Assembly: GCA_029856145.1 (NCBI GenBank)
Contig: JAHQWK010000022.1
Location: 61,422-125,421 of the forward strand
Direction: 5' to 3'
DNA length: 64,000 nt
From: Promethearchaeia archaeon
GTDB taxonomy: Archaea > Asgardarchaeota > Lokiarchaeia > Sigyniarchaeales > SOKP01
Of this stretch, positions 30,221 through 40,450 are shown piece by piece (positions within the stretch are counted from its first letter, which is position 1; each line of letters opens with the position of its first letter). A model generated the notes under the pieces. It saw only the letters and a list, made by a program, of their open reading frames with translations. It searched no databases and was not told the origin of the DNA. The position numbers and the translations under genes are program-made.

Positions 30221-30676
30221 CTACTTTTTCATCCCAGAAACATATTTAGATAATTCCCAAAATGGTGGAACAAGTCCGAGTTCATAAAATATATCATAAA
30301 AGCAAAAAGCACCCCATTGATCCTTAATTTTGCCTTCTGAGTTAATGTATAAAATTGTTGCTCCTTCAAATGTTACATTTTTTCCTGTAGGTTCGAAACC
30401 CCATCCTTTTCCTAGATGTATACCATGTCCTTTATAGCGTATCCAAACCTTATCTTCTTCTCCCTTCATCTCAACAATTTCATATTTTAAATCTGGAAAG
30501 AGAGAACGAAAATATGTGATTTCATGTTTTACCTGAGCTGGACCGACTTTATCTATTTGAATCCAACTTGGATTATATTTCGGATCAATAATTTCATCAG
30601 CAATATTAAGATCTGGCTTACTCCACCTCAATTCAAAAAACAATCTTCCAATTTTTTCAGTTTCTTCAATTTTCAT
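30221..30676 (-). CDS. SnoaL-like ester cyclase (NTF2 fold)
   Basis: FRSLFPDL...EDKVWIRY...GIHLG...GFEPTGKNVTFEG...GKIKDQW. Confidence 0.88.
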   Translation of the reverse strand: MKIEETEKIGRLFFELRWSKPDLNIADEIIDPKYNPSWIQIDKVGPAQVKHEITYFRSLFPDLKYEIVEMKGEEDKVWIRYKGHGIHLGKGWGFEPTGKNVTFEGATILYINSEGKIKDQWGAFCFYDIFYELGLVPPFWELSKYVSGMKK

Positions 30677-30850
30677 TTTATAACTGTATAATTTAACTTT
30701 TTAAATAAAAAATATAATTATAAATTTTAATAGAATCTAATATATTGAATATTAAAGAAAAACCAAAATAAATACATATTAAAAACAATTCAGTTTTTAT
30801 ATTATATATAATATTATTGTTGAGGTTTTAACTAATAGAGAGGTTATTTC

Positions 30851-31735
30851 ATGCCAAAGTGTAAGTTTTATATAGTAGATGTGTTTGCTGAAAGAAAATT
30901 CGAAGGAAACCAACTTGCTGTTTTCATATGTGAGGAAGCACTCTTTGAAGCTGAAATGCAAAAAATTGCAAAAGAGATGAACTATTCTGAAACAACTTTT
31001 ATTACTTCCAAAGAAAATTATGATGTTCGTATTTTTACCCCAGAAGTTGAATTACCCTTTGCAGGGCATCCGACAATAGGAACTGCTTATGTAATTCAAC
31101 AGGAATTAATTAAGGGAAATGTTAAGACTATTCTTCTTAATCTCAAAATTGGCCCAATCCCTGTATTATTTAAATATAAATCTGGAAAGCCCGATTTAAT
31201 ATGGATGGAACAAAATCCTCCTACATTTGGCAGATTTTTTGATACAGAATCAATTTCTCAAATTCTGAATTTAGAAGAGAGCGATATTGATGATAGATTT
31301 CCAATTCAAGAAGTATCTACAGGAGGCCCCTTCATTATTGTACCTTTGAAGACATTGGATGCTTTAAAGCGAGCTAAAGTAGATGTAGATAAATGTTTTG
31401 ATCTGGTGGAAAAAACCGAAGCAAAATCGATATTAATTTTTTGCTCAGAAACTCGTAATAAAGGAAATGATTTGAGTGTCCGTGTTTTTGCTCATTATCA
31501 TGGTGTCCCAGAAGACCCTGCTACAGGAAGTGGCAACGGATGTCTAGCCGCATATTTAGTAAAACATCAATATTTTATTAAAAATCGTATAGATATTAAA
31601 GTTGAGCAGGGTTATGAGGTAGGAAGACCTTCATTGCTTTACTTAAGAGCAGAAGGAAGTGATAAAGGGGAAATTAGTGTATCAGTTGGAGGAAAGGTTA
31701 TCCTTTCAGCTATAGGAGAATTAGTAGATAATTAA
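30851..31735 (+). CDS. PhzF/PhzC family isomerase
   Basis: VDVFAERKFEGNQLAV, NYSETTF, ELPFAGHPTIG, EDPATGSG. Confidence 0.93.
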   Translation: MPKCKFYIVDVFAERKFEGNQLAVFICEEALFEAEMQKIAKEMNYSETTFITSKENYDVRIFTPEVELPFAGHPTIGTAYVIQQELIKGNVKTILLNLKIGPIPVLFKYKSGKPDLIWMEQNPPTFGRFFDTESISQILNLEESDIDDRFPIQEVSTGGPFIIVPLKTLDALKRAKVDVDKCFDLVEKTEAKSILIFCSETRNKGNDLSVRVFAHYHGVPEDPATGSGNGCLAAYLVKHQYFIKNRIDIKVEQGYEVGRPSLLYLRAEGSDKGEISVSVGGKVILSAIGELVDN

Positions 31736-31756
31736 TTACATTAAATTTCTTATTTT

Positions 31757-32875
31757 TTATACACTAGTTCTGTATGCTTTAACTTGTTTTACTAAAGCAT
31801 TAACTTCTTCAGAATGAGAAAATAAAGCGCATGGAGATCCATTAGTTTCTAATAAATGTTCACTTTCTCTAATAACCTTAAATAATTGGCTATTTAAACC
31901 TTCTCTTAAGGTATTTTTAGTTAAATTATGAGTTGCGATGTTAGAAACCGGACAAGGTGTCAAATCACCTAATGGTGTTATATGAGCAAATCCCCTCCCT
32001 GCAGATACACAACCACCCATATATTCTTCATCTCCAGGAGAATGAATAAGAAATATTTGTTTCGTTTCTCGATAATTTAAAACGATTTCTCTAAATTTCT
32101 TACTTTCCTCATTAGTGAGCATTAGTTCTGCATCATTATCTACTGGAATATATTCTAGAAGGAAAGCTAAACGTACACCTTTAGATATCAGATCATCGAT
32201 ATTTTTGGGGTTCATCCAAAATTTAACATTTTTTCTGTTAATTGTAACTGAAATTCCACTAATGACACCTTTACTATCTAACTCGTTAATTGTATTAAAA
32301 GCTTTTTCAAAAACTCCTAATCCTCTTCGTTTATCAGTTAAATCTTGATCTCCTTCAATACTTACCATTATTATCGTATTTCTTAATCGTTTAAGCTTTT
32401 CAATATCTTGGCTTTCTAACATTGTTCCATTTGTGAAAATCAAGAATAATCTATCTTTGAATTCCTCACTAATTTTTAATAAATTTGGCATTAAGAAAGG
32501 TTCACCACCCGCAATTATAAAAGCGAACACACCTAATTCTCTTGCTTCTTGTATTATTTTGATCCATTGTTCTAAATCTAATGTTTTTCTAGTTCTTTGG
32601 TTACATAATGTGCCTGTTGCAGCGGCATAGCAACCTGCGCATTTAAGATTACATTTTGAAGTTATACTTAATATTAAGAAGGGTGGTACTTTTAGACCTT
32701 TAAGTAGTTCTTCTCCTCTTAACTTGCGAGACTTTCTATACGCTTTCGCTAATCTAATCATTTTATACATACTTTTTGGATTCTTTAAAATCCAAGGCAT
32801 GAAGATTTTTGCCATTGTAGGATCGACTTTCTTCAGAGTACGGTTTATATAATTAGTATTTTTTTCGTCCATCAT
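31757..32875 (-). CDS. Radical SAM protein with SPASM/twitch-like C-terminus
   Basis: CNLKCAGC, GGEPF, FTNG, GCVSAGRGFAHITPLGDLTPCP. Confidence 0.92.
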   Translation of the reverse strand: MMDEKNTNYINRTLKKVDPTMAKIFMPWILKNPKSMYKMIRLAKAYRKSRKLRGEELLKGLKVPPFLILSITSKCNLKCAGCYAAATGTLCNQRTRKTLDLEQWIKIIQEARELGVFAFIIAGGEPFLMPNLLKISEEFKDRLFLIFTNGTMLESQDIEKLKRLRNTIIMVSIEGDQDLTDKRRGLGVFEKAFNTINELDSKGVISGISVTINRKNVKFWMNPKNIDDLISKGVRLAFLLEYIPVDNDAELMLTNEESKKFREIVLNYRETKQIFLIHSPGDEEYMGGCVSAGRGFAHITPLGDLTPCPVSNIATHNLTKNTLREGLNSQLFKVIRESEHLLETNGSPCALFSHSEEVNALVKQVKAYRTSV

Positions 32876-33212
32876 TTGTTCAATTTTCCTTGATCTTCTT
32901 AGACTAAAATTTGTTAAATTCTTTCTATGTTTTTTAATAAAATTTTGCTTAACTTATAATTTCAGTAGTCCATTTTTTAATACTGATAGAAAAGTTGGGG
33001 CTTTACTACATAAGTGTCTAATTGGCTTCTTTAATCATAATACCTAAGATAAATTTTAATAAAGTTTTACTTTTCGAAATCTTAAATGAATGTAAATGTT
33101 TTGAATAGAAAAACAAACTTGATAGTATTTTGGGTTTCAAACGTAATATTTATTTTCAAATTCAACCTTTACAAATTTAATAGTTTTATTCTTATTTCAG
33201 ATACAGAACAAA

Positions 33213-34652
33213 ATGAATATTAAAATCAAATTTGCTTTTATAACTCTTATTATAATATTATTTCAATCATCCTTGAAAGTAATCGGTGTGTTAATTACCG
33301 GTAGTTTAAGTTTTCTTTCTGAAACAGTAGATACTCTAACGGATATACTTTTTGTTTCTATAACTTTATATTCATTGTATTATAGTCAGAAGCCAGCTGA
33401 TTATGAACACATGTATGGGCATACAAAAATCGATTCCATTTCTGGATTAATTCAAGGGATAATTCTGATGAATATTTATGTGATATTGATTTATATCGGT
33501 ATCCAAACAATTATTACAGGGAATTTTCAAATTATCAACCCTGAAGTCGGCTTAATATTGTTAATAATTTCTTTTGTTGTAAATTTAGTTTTCTCGAGAA
33601 TATTAATATCGAAAGGAAAGCAACAGAAGAGTCTAACTTTGAGAATACAGGGTCTTAATTTATTTCAAGATTCTATGAGAGCTATTATCGTTTTGCTAAG
33701 TTTTATCTTTGCTTACTTTAATATCATTTTTATTGATCCAATACTTAGTGTTGTTCTCTCTGTTTGGATAATAATTGGAGCATTTAAATTATCGAAAGGA
33801 GGGGTTAAAGAACTTACAGATACGAATCCTATAAGTACAATTATAATCGAAGAACTAAGAAAAAAAATTTTCCTTTTAGAACATGTTGTTGGTGTACATG
33901 ATATCAAAATACGAACAAGTGGTAAAATATTATTTTTAGAAGTTCATTTATCTGTTGAAGATCATATTTCCATTGTTCATGCGAATGAAATTATAAAAGC
34001 TATAAGAAGCTTAAGTGAGAAGTTATTTTCATTATATGAAGTAGAATGCATTGTAGAAATGAATCCTATGGCAAGTGAAAAATCAATTGGCGAAGGATTA
34101 ATAAATTTAATTTTTTCCATGAGATCTGAATACCATGAAATTGTGAATTTTAAAGATCTAAACATATTTAGTATTGAAAATAAATATTTTCTTTCTTTAG
34201 TAGTGATTGTTGATGAAAATCTTTCCCTTTCAGAAGCTCATCAGACATGCTCTCATTTTGAGAATGAGATAATAAAACAAGCACCTCATATATCCAGAGT
34301 TATTACTCATATAGAAGGTCAACCTTATAGTGGAGTTCTAATACCAGGACAAATAAAATGTGCTGATGTTGGACCAGAAATGATAAAACAAATAACTGAG
34401 TCTGTCGAAAAGGTCCTAAGGTCACATCCCCAAGTTAAAGGATTTCATAGATTAGAATTTTGGGCAACATTAGATTACTGTATCTTAGAAGCACATGTAT
34501 TTTTTGATGGCTCATTAAATATAGCAAAAATACATAATTTCATTTCTGAATTAGAAAATAAGATTAGAGAAGAGCTAGGTATTGATAATTTAGATACAAT
34601 ATTTCTTCATTCTGAACCAATTGAAAATCAAAAAGAAGGTACTATTTTCTAA
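33213..34652 (+). CDS. Cation diffusion facilitator transporter with three tandem cytoplasmic dimerisation domains
   Basis: TM region with PADYEHMYGH; three C-terminal repeats ending VEMNP, THIEG and LHSEP. Confidence 0.9.
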   Translation: MNIKIKFAFITLIIILFQSSLKVIGVLITGSLSFLSETVDTLTDILFVSITLYSLYYSQKPADYEHMYGHTKIDSISGLIQGIILMNIYVILIYIGIQTIITGNFQIINPEVGLILLIISFVVNLVFSRILISKGKQQKSLTLRIQGLNLFQDSMRAIIVLLSFIFAYFNIIFIDPILSVVLSVWIIIGAFKLSKGGVKELTDTNPISTIIIEELRKKIFLLEHVVGVHDIKIRTSGKILFLEVHLSVEDHISIVHANEIIKAIRSLSEKLFSLYEVECIVEMNPMASEKSIGEGLINLIFSMRSEYHEIVNFKDLNIFSIENKYFLSLVVIVDENLSLSEAHQTCSHFENEIIKQAPHISRVITHIEGQPYSGVLIPGQIKCADVGPEMIKQITESVEKVLRSHPQVKGFHRLEFWATLDYCILEAHVFFDGSLNIAKIHNFISELENKIREELGIDNLDTIFLHSEPIENQKEGTIF

Positions 34653-34665
34653 TAAAAAGATGGAT

Positions 34666-35805
34666 CTAAAATGGAAAATTATATTTATCTAACCCAAGTT
34701 CTTTTTGCATTATTTTAATGTCTTTTTGTAAGCTTTTATTTAGTGGAATACCAGTTTTTTTTCTTTCTACTTCATTAATGTGTTCTTTTTCCCCTGCTGT
34801 GTAAATTCTATTCTTTCCTGGTGCTTTTTTAGAACTTCTTAATTCTCGCATGATATTTCCTGATATTTCTTTAAATTTTTCTAATGGAATGAAATTTTGA
34901 ACATTAATTGCCAAAAAGAAATGTCCTACTTTCAATCTTTTTTGACCGCCTTCAACAATACCCGCCGTATCTTTAAGATATATCCCATCTTGTAATGCAG
35001 AAGATAAAATCTCAGCAAAAGTAGCATAGCCATACCCTTTATGACCGGAAGTATCTTCACCTTTACCTCCTAAGGGTAATAATGCTGCAGAACGATTAAC
35101 TAATTTATTTAATATTACACTAGGATCTGTTTTGGAATTACCATTAGAAGAAATAATCAATCCATCGGGGAGTGGTTTATGTAATCTATTATAAACCTCA
35201 ACCTTCCCTCGTTGAATAATAGAGGTCGCGCAATCGATTAGAAATGGAAAATCTTCATCAGTAGGGGCACCATAAGTTAAAGGATTAGTACCTAACATCG
35301 GTTCAATACCAAAAGTAGGAGGGACCGCAGGACGGGTATTTGTAGTGACAAAACCAATCATCCCCTCTTTTATTGCCATTGATGAATAATAACCAGCAAT
35401 ACCAAAATGAGTAGAATTTCTTACTGCTACTGCTCCAAGACCATATTTTTTCGCTTTTTCAATTGCTAATCTCATTGCTAAATATGCAATGACATGCCCC
35501 ATTCCGCAACCTCCATCAAGAACAGCCGTAGTTTTATCGTCTCTAATGATTTTTATATTAGTTTTTGGATTATATATACCCTCTTTAATTCTGTCATAAT
35601 ACATTTTACATCTTTGAATACCATGTGAATCAATGCCTCTTAAATCGGAAGAAATAAGAACTTTAGTGATAATTTCTGCGTGGCCTTCTGGAACGTCTAA
35701 ATTAATAAAAACATCTTTTATGAAATCCTTAAGAATATTTACTTCCATATAAACAATATCATCTGATGGTTCTAAGTTAGTTTCCTCTTGTATTTGTTCT
35801 ACCAT
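34666..35805 (-). CDS. Ldh_2 family (malate/L-lactate/sulfolactate dehydrogenase-like) oxidoreductase
   Basis: DLRGIDSHG, RNSTHFG, LGTNPL, GHKGYG, RIYTAGE. Confidence 0.92.
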   Translation of the reverse strand: MVEQIQEETNLEPSDDIVYMEVNILKDFIKDVFINLDVPEGHAEIITKVLISSDLRGIDSHGIQRCKMYYDRIKEGIYNPKTNIKIIRDDKTTAVLDGGCGMGHVIAYLAMRLAIEKAKKYGLGAVAVRNSTHFGIAGYYSSMAIKEGMIGFVTTNTRPAVPPTFGIEPMLGTNPLTYGAPTDEDFPFLIDCATSIIQRGKVEVYNRLHKPLPDGLIISSNGNSKTDPSVILNKLVNRSAALLPLGGKGEDTSGHKGYGYATFAEILSSALQDGIYLKDTAGIVEGGQKRLKVGHFFLAINVQNFIPLEKFKEISGNIMRELRSSKKAPGKNRIYTAGEKEHINEVERKKTGIPLNKSLQKDIKIMQKELGLDKYNFPF

Positions 35806-35906
35806 TTTCTTAAATGCCTCAGAGTTGTTTAATCAAATAATTATTTATTCTAATAAAAAGGTAATGGTTAGAATAATACCAATAAAAGTATGAAAACAAA
35901 GTAAAT

Positions 35907-37070
35907 TTATATTCTTTTTTGTGTCATATAATGTTTACGTAAAGGTTCGCAGTGAGGGAATATCGTATCTATTGCCCGTGAATTATTCGACCAGATCGCA
36001 GTGCCTTCATAATAATCTACTCCGTGTAGGTTAGCAGTAAGCTGTCCGATGTTGTTGAGGGATGAAAAGATCCCTTTTCCAAAATAACCTTTCTTTACCA
36101 TTGCGGTATCTACATTACATCGTGTAATCGGATTTCCTGTCCAAGCTTCAAATAAATCCGGAAGCCCCAATAAAATACCAACTAACTCACCAGTAGTTTT
36201 ATTGAAAGCCATTGGAGCAAAGGGTTCTGTGTTCTCAAGATCGCATGTCTCCCATGTTTCCACAAACTGTGGTACATCTGAGTATGTCTTCGGATTGAAA
36301 TCCTCTTTTATTTTGTAGAAAGATTTCGGAATCCTTTCAAATACTTTGAAAAATTCAAATACTCGATTTCTTCCTGAAGCATCAGGTAAAATTTCATGAA
36401 AGGAATTACTTGCTAAATTTCGAATATCATCAACATAATCATATAATTCTTTCATTGTTACATATCTAAACTCGATGTTTTTGTCAATTTTCTTCCCTTT
36501 ATCCCACGTTTTTTGAGTTACATATACACATGTATATTCTGATTCTTTTTGATATCCTAAAGAATCTAAATATTCAAGGATTCGCGAATTTGGATCGTTA
36601 TATGACACACCATAAAGCATCTGTTCATTGAATCCCATGAATTGTATACCAATTCCTCCTAAATTTTTGGGAAAATTGATATTTCCACGAATTTTACGTA
36701 CATTATTTACTTTTACAAACTTCTCACATCGTTTAATCAATTCCTTGCATACTTCTAAGCTATTCGCATGAAGCCATCCAAAAGTACCACATTTACGGCT
36801 ATAGCTTGTATAATAAGGATCAATCTGTGCAATAACAAACCCTTCTACTTCTGTTCCTATATATCCAATACAAACTTGGATTTTATAGTCTTCATCTAAA
36901 AACTTTTTTTCCAAATAAAAGAGAAGTTCAGAAATTACATATGATTTGACAACTTCATTCGGAACAAATAAAATATCTTCTAAAGCTTTTTTAATTTCTT
37001 TTAGGTCAGTAGTAATGACTATTTTTATGGGTTTTCCTACGTCAATTAATTTCTCTAATATTTGTACCAT
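35907..37070 (-). CDS. Double-GNAT-fold (YghO-like) protein
   Basis: GTFGWL...IRGNINFP...YNDP and C-terminal AMVKKGYFGKGIFS...IWSNN acyl-CoA-binding-like motifs. Confidence 0.65.
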   Translation of the reverse strand: MVQILEKLIDVGKPIKIVITTDLKEIKKALEDILFVPNEVVKSYVISELLFYLEKKFLDEDYKIQVCIGYIGTEVEGFVIAQIDPYYTSYSRKCGTFGWLHANSLEVCKELIKRCEKFVKVNNVRKIRGNINFPKNLGGIGIQFMGFNEQMLYGVSYNDPNSRILEYLDSLGYQKESEYTCVYVTQKTWDKGKKIDKNIEFRYVTMKELYDYVDDIRNLASNSFHEILPDASGRNRVFEFFKVFERIPKSFYKIKEDFNPKTYSDVPQFVETWETCDLENTEPFAPMAFNKTTGELVGILLGLPDLFEAWTGNPITRCNVDTAMVKKGYFGKGIFSSLNNIGQLTANLHGVDYYEGTAIWSNNSRAIDTIFPHCEPLRKHYMTQKRI

Positions 37071-37112
37071 TTCTATATCATTTTAAGATGTTTTCATTAT
37101 CCTACTTTTATT

Positions 37113-37164
37113 TGTATTTAAAGAAAAAAAAGGGAAGAATGCAGTTTTTCCTTTATATATACTT
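37113..37164. promoter_or_regulatory. Back-to-back promoters with T-tract in the BRE position
   Basis: Minus: CCCTTTTTTTTC-TTTAAATA (37134-37115); plus: GCAGTTTTTCC-TTTATATA (37141-37159); located between divergent genes, so not terminators. Confidence 0.65.
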
Positions 37165-37210
37165 GATTTTCATATCTATCATATCTTATTTAAAAAAAAG
37201 AGATAAAAGG

Positions 37211-38377
37211 ATGATAGAACATATTTGTAAGAAATGTATCTTACCACATGGATTTCTAGGCGTATCTCTAGGCTCTGAAGGCTTATGCGAATTTTGTACT
37301 GATCCTGACCATAAAAATGTCAATTGGTCTCGAACTGCAATAGACCAAGAAAGAAGGAATCAAGCTCTTACTGATTGGAAATTAGTAGTGGAGAAAATGC
37401 AAATTGAACATGAGAAGTGTTCATATGATTGTATTTTAGGATATTCCGGAGGTAAAGATTCCACTGCTCTATTAGATTATCTAGTGAATGATCTTGGTTT
37501 GACTCCTTTAGCAGTAACTACTGATACAGGATTTATGACCGAGATTGCCAAGGATAATATGAAGGATACTTTAGCACAAATTAATGTGGATCATGTGTTA
37601 ATCGAAGATTGTATTTCTACTTTTACAAAACTCTATAAATGGCACTTTTTTAACCATAATTCTAAAGAGACATTCCTAGCACGAGGTATATGTGATTATT
37701 GCTCAGATTTAATACATAGTATTGTCGTAAAAGAAGCTATAAAACAGGAGATACCCTATGTACTATTTGGTTACTCACCAGCTCAGATTTTCAGGTATTT
37801 CTATGAAATGCCACAGGAGGAGGTCATTGAAGCGTGGAAGCCGGAGCTTATATTTGATGAGCTTATATTTGATGAGAGTGATCATAAGTGGTATTTAAAT
37901 GATGGTGAGATTAATAGTGGCATCCTCCCACGAGTTCTACTTCCATATCATGTAATACCATATCGAGAACAAGATATCATCAAACTTGTAGAATCTAAGA
38001 ATTATATAAAAAAAGGACATGCAGACCCGCTATTAACTAATTGCAATGTGGTTCATGCTGCAACTTTCTATGATTTCAATAGATACGGAGGAATTCTGTA
38101 TGCCTATCAGTATGCTGAATTAGTACGTCAAAATCCAGAGTCCCGTAAGAAGTGGCTAAGAACATTAAAAATGTCTGCTCCACTAATTCTTGAAAACAAT
38201 TTTAAGCGAAAAGAAGTCAATTTATTCTTTAGCCAAATTGGAGTTACTCAAGAAGAAATGCAAGAGCATATACAGGAGCAATTAGAACAAGATCCTAATA
38301 AAAAGCGAATCTTAAATATAATTGCAATGTTTCAAAAAAAGCGAAAGACACGACAAGTGGCCGTACTTACCCAATAA
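37211..38377 (+). CDS. PP-loop ATPase, N-acetyl-sugar amidotransferase (WbpG-like) / adenine-nucleotide alpha hydrolase family
   Basis: Start reassigned to ATG 37211 (MIEHICKKCILP); CEFC; YDCILGYSGGKDST; ICDYC; LTNC. Confidence 0.8.
   Translation: MIEHICKKCILPHGFLGVSLGSEGLCEFCTDPDHKNVNWSRTAIDQERRNQALTDWKLVVEKMQIEHEKCSYDCILGYSGGKDSTALLDYLVNDLGLTPLAVTTDTGFMTEIAKDNMKDTLAQINVDHVLIEDCISTFTKLYKWHFFNHNSKETFLARGICDYCSDLIHSIVVKEAIKQEIPYVLFGYSPAQIFRYFYEMPQEEVIEAWKPELIFDELIFDESDHKWYLNDGEINSGILPRVLLPYHVIPYREQDIIKLVESKNYIKKGHADPLLTNCNVVHAATFYDFNRYGGILYAYQYAELVRQNPESRKKWLRTLKMSAPLILENNFKRKEVNLFFSQIGVTQEEMQEHIQEQLEQDPNKKRILNIIAMFQKKRKTRQVAVLTQ
37844..37876 (+). repeat. Perfect in-frame 15-bp tandem duplication inside the PP-loop gene
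   Basis: GAGCTTATATTTGAT x2 + GAG, encoding ELIFD-ELIFD-E. Confidence 0.9.
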
Positions 38378-38417
38378 ATTTTATTTTTTTTCTTTTTCTT
38401 ATATATATATAATAGAT

Positions 38418-40325
38418 TTACCTAAAAGAGACCCAGCAAAAAAATGGTATCAATGACTCGATAATAGAAAAAAGGAGAATCCATTCTAAGAATGGACTGG
38501 GAAATATACATATCCAAATAAGTATTATCATGGGTAAAATCCCATTTATGCCAATTATTTTCTGTATTTTTGAGCTATTTCGAGAGATCATCATCCCATA
38601 GGCAAAGAGCGCAAGGATAAACCCACCAAACGCAAATATCATTGAAAGATTGTGAAATATTCCTCGTGGTCCTGATCTGTCAGAACTAAAGATCCCTATT
38701 AAGATTATTCCAGTACTCCCAATAACACCTGAAATAGTAGCGTAACGACGTATCTTATCCATAACTCTATTCTTATCTGTGCTAATCCTTCGTGAAAGAA
38801 AGCAATATAATAACATAGTTGTTAAGCCACCTATCACACAGGCACAATCAAACATAAAAGGTACGGGCGTAGTGGTAAGTGACCCAAGTTGACTAATATA
38901 ATGAGAAATTAGGGTATACCCAAAAAATTTCGCAATAATAATACTCCCAATAAGCATAAAAAGATATACTATTAATCCTGTCATCAACGAGGATTTAATT
39001 ATCTTCGGATAATTCCATACATTTAATATCTTATCCTTTACACTATAAAAGAGTGGAATCCTTTCCAATATTTTTTTACTTACGGAGCTATTACCAAGTG
39101 CCAAAGTTTTTAACAGTTTTTTACCCTCATCAATAAGATGAATATCTTTATCTAAATTTCCTTCATACCAATTAAACAGGATGTTATCCTCAAAGACTCC
39201 TTTTTGTGTATTATAATTCCAGCTTGGGATATATCCTCGTGGAGAGAGTCCAGCATTAAGAAAAATCTTTTGATGGGTAGGTTCACAGGCAGAAAGAAAT
39301 ACTTCACAGTATCGTATTCCTCTTTCTTTTCCACAGTTAATAAATTCTTCTACAAACACATATAATTCTTCAAGACTGTTCACACGGTATTTTGTCTTTT
39401 CAAAGTTTTGTACCTGTGGAGTATAGAGAAACTCAAAATACGAAGAGGTATCAGGAAATCTAAATTGAATTGTTTCATACCCAAAATCATCAATTTCACT
39501 ACTTCTTATCAGACATTTTTTTAGATAATTTATTTTCTTCTGATCTAAGATGATACCTGGTGTCTCGATGTTATAGTCTCCTAACTTATATCGATTATCT
39601 GAATACAGAAAACAACTCTCCACTTGAGGCAATATGCTTGGAACTGTACTCATTCTTAAAGTTCTTAACGCTCGTTCATCATAGCAAATTTGCATTAAGT
39701 CAGATTCTACACGCCCTAAGAATACGTCCTTATTTGGATAAAACCCAATTGGAGCAATTCCACACACCCACATAGAATACTGAGACTTTGCATGAGCTGT
39801 TCGATTCTCTACGTACCACAAAAAGATCACATCTTTATATTTATGAATCATTCCCAGCATAGAACCGATCATTGCCTTCGTAATATCAATATATCCTTGA
39901 TATTTCTTTTTAAGCATAAACCCACGAATGTAACCCCTCTTATTGTCAAAATCTAAAACAAATGTAATGCAACCTGCGATATTATATGAAGGATCTTGAT
40001 AGATTATCCATTGAATTGATGGCTCTTGTATCATCTTTCGAACTTCATCAACATCTTCCATTTCCTTGTATGGATAGGTTCCGTTGTACAACTCCCTATA
40101 AATCCCCACAATTTCTTGTGCATCCTCTGGTTTTGCGAGACGTAAAATAGGTCCTACTTTATCTTTTTGTTTTCTGTCGCATAGTTTAAAATCAAGGTAC
40201 ATTCCTTTATGAATATCAGGATCTACTACCTCTTCAAACGGTTTAATGAATTGAGTTGTAGAATTTGAAAATAACTCATTTAACGATATTATTGAACTTG
40301 TAATTACTTCTTCTGAAATAGTCAT
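38418..40325 (-). CDS. GNAT-fold protein fused to a C-terminal DUF998-like multi-TM domain
   Basis: ILRLAKPEDAQEIVGIYRELYNGTYPY, KKYQG, ENRTAHAKSQ; then GYTLISHYISQLGS...GIF...FHNL...LEW with about 5 TM. Confidence 0.7.
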   Translation of the reverse strand: MTISEEVITSSIISLNELFSNSTTQFIKPFEEVVDPDIHKGMYLDFKLCDRKQKDKVGPILRLAKPEDAQEIVGIYRELYNGTYPYKEMEDVDEVRKMIQEPSIQWIIYQDPSYNIAGCITFVLDFDNKRGYIRGFMLKKKYQGYIDITKAMIGSMLGMIHKYKDVIFLWYVENRTAHAKSQYSMWVCGIAPIGFYPNKDVFLGRVESDLMQICYDERALRTLRMSTVPSILPQVESCFLYSDNRYKLGDYNIETPGIILDQKKINYLKKCLIRSSEIDDFGYETIQFRFPDTSSYFEFLYTPQVQNFEKTKYRVNSLEELYVFVEEFINCGKERGIRYCEVFLSACEPTHQKIFLNAGLSPRGYIPSWNYNTQKGVFEDNILFNWYEGNLDKDIHLIDEGKKLLKTLALGNSSVSKKILERIPLFYSVKDKILNVWNYPKIIKSSLMTGLIVYLFMLIGSIIIAKFFGYTLISHYISQLGSLTTTPVPFMFDCACVIGGLTTMLLYCFLSRRISTDKNRVMDKIRRYATISGVIGSTGIILIGIFSSDRSGPRGIFHNLSMIFAFGGFILALFAYGMMISRNSSKIQKIIGINGILPMIILIWICIFPSPFLEWILLFSIIESLIPFFCWVSFR

Positions 40326-40389
40326 TTTCTTTTTTATGATTTATTTGTTAATTCTATGAGCTTTTTTATGATTTAACAAGAAATTTACT

Positions 40390-40447
40390 AAGTATATTTA
40401 AATAAAAAACAGAAGAAGACAGGGGGGATTTTTCCTTTATATATAAA
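40390..40447. promoter_or_regulatory. Second back-to-back T-tract promoter pair; the plus-strand copy faces no sense gene
   Basis: Minus: GTTTTTTA-TTTAAATA-TACTT (40410-40390); plus: GGATTTTTCC-TTTATATA (40426-40443). Confidence 0.55.
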
Positions 40448-40450
40448 CTC

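Noticed and set aside
37088-37210. ORF-track N-terminal extensions (also 48280-48327 and 59648-59719)
   Set aside because: These run through promoter sequence. Downstream ATGs fit the family N-termini and TATA spacing better.
38378-38417. T-tract + TATATATA as another regulon promoter
   Set aside because: It lies between two convergent stop codons and is better explained as a terminator region.
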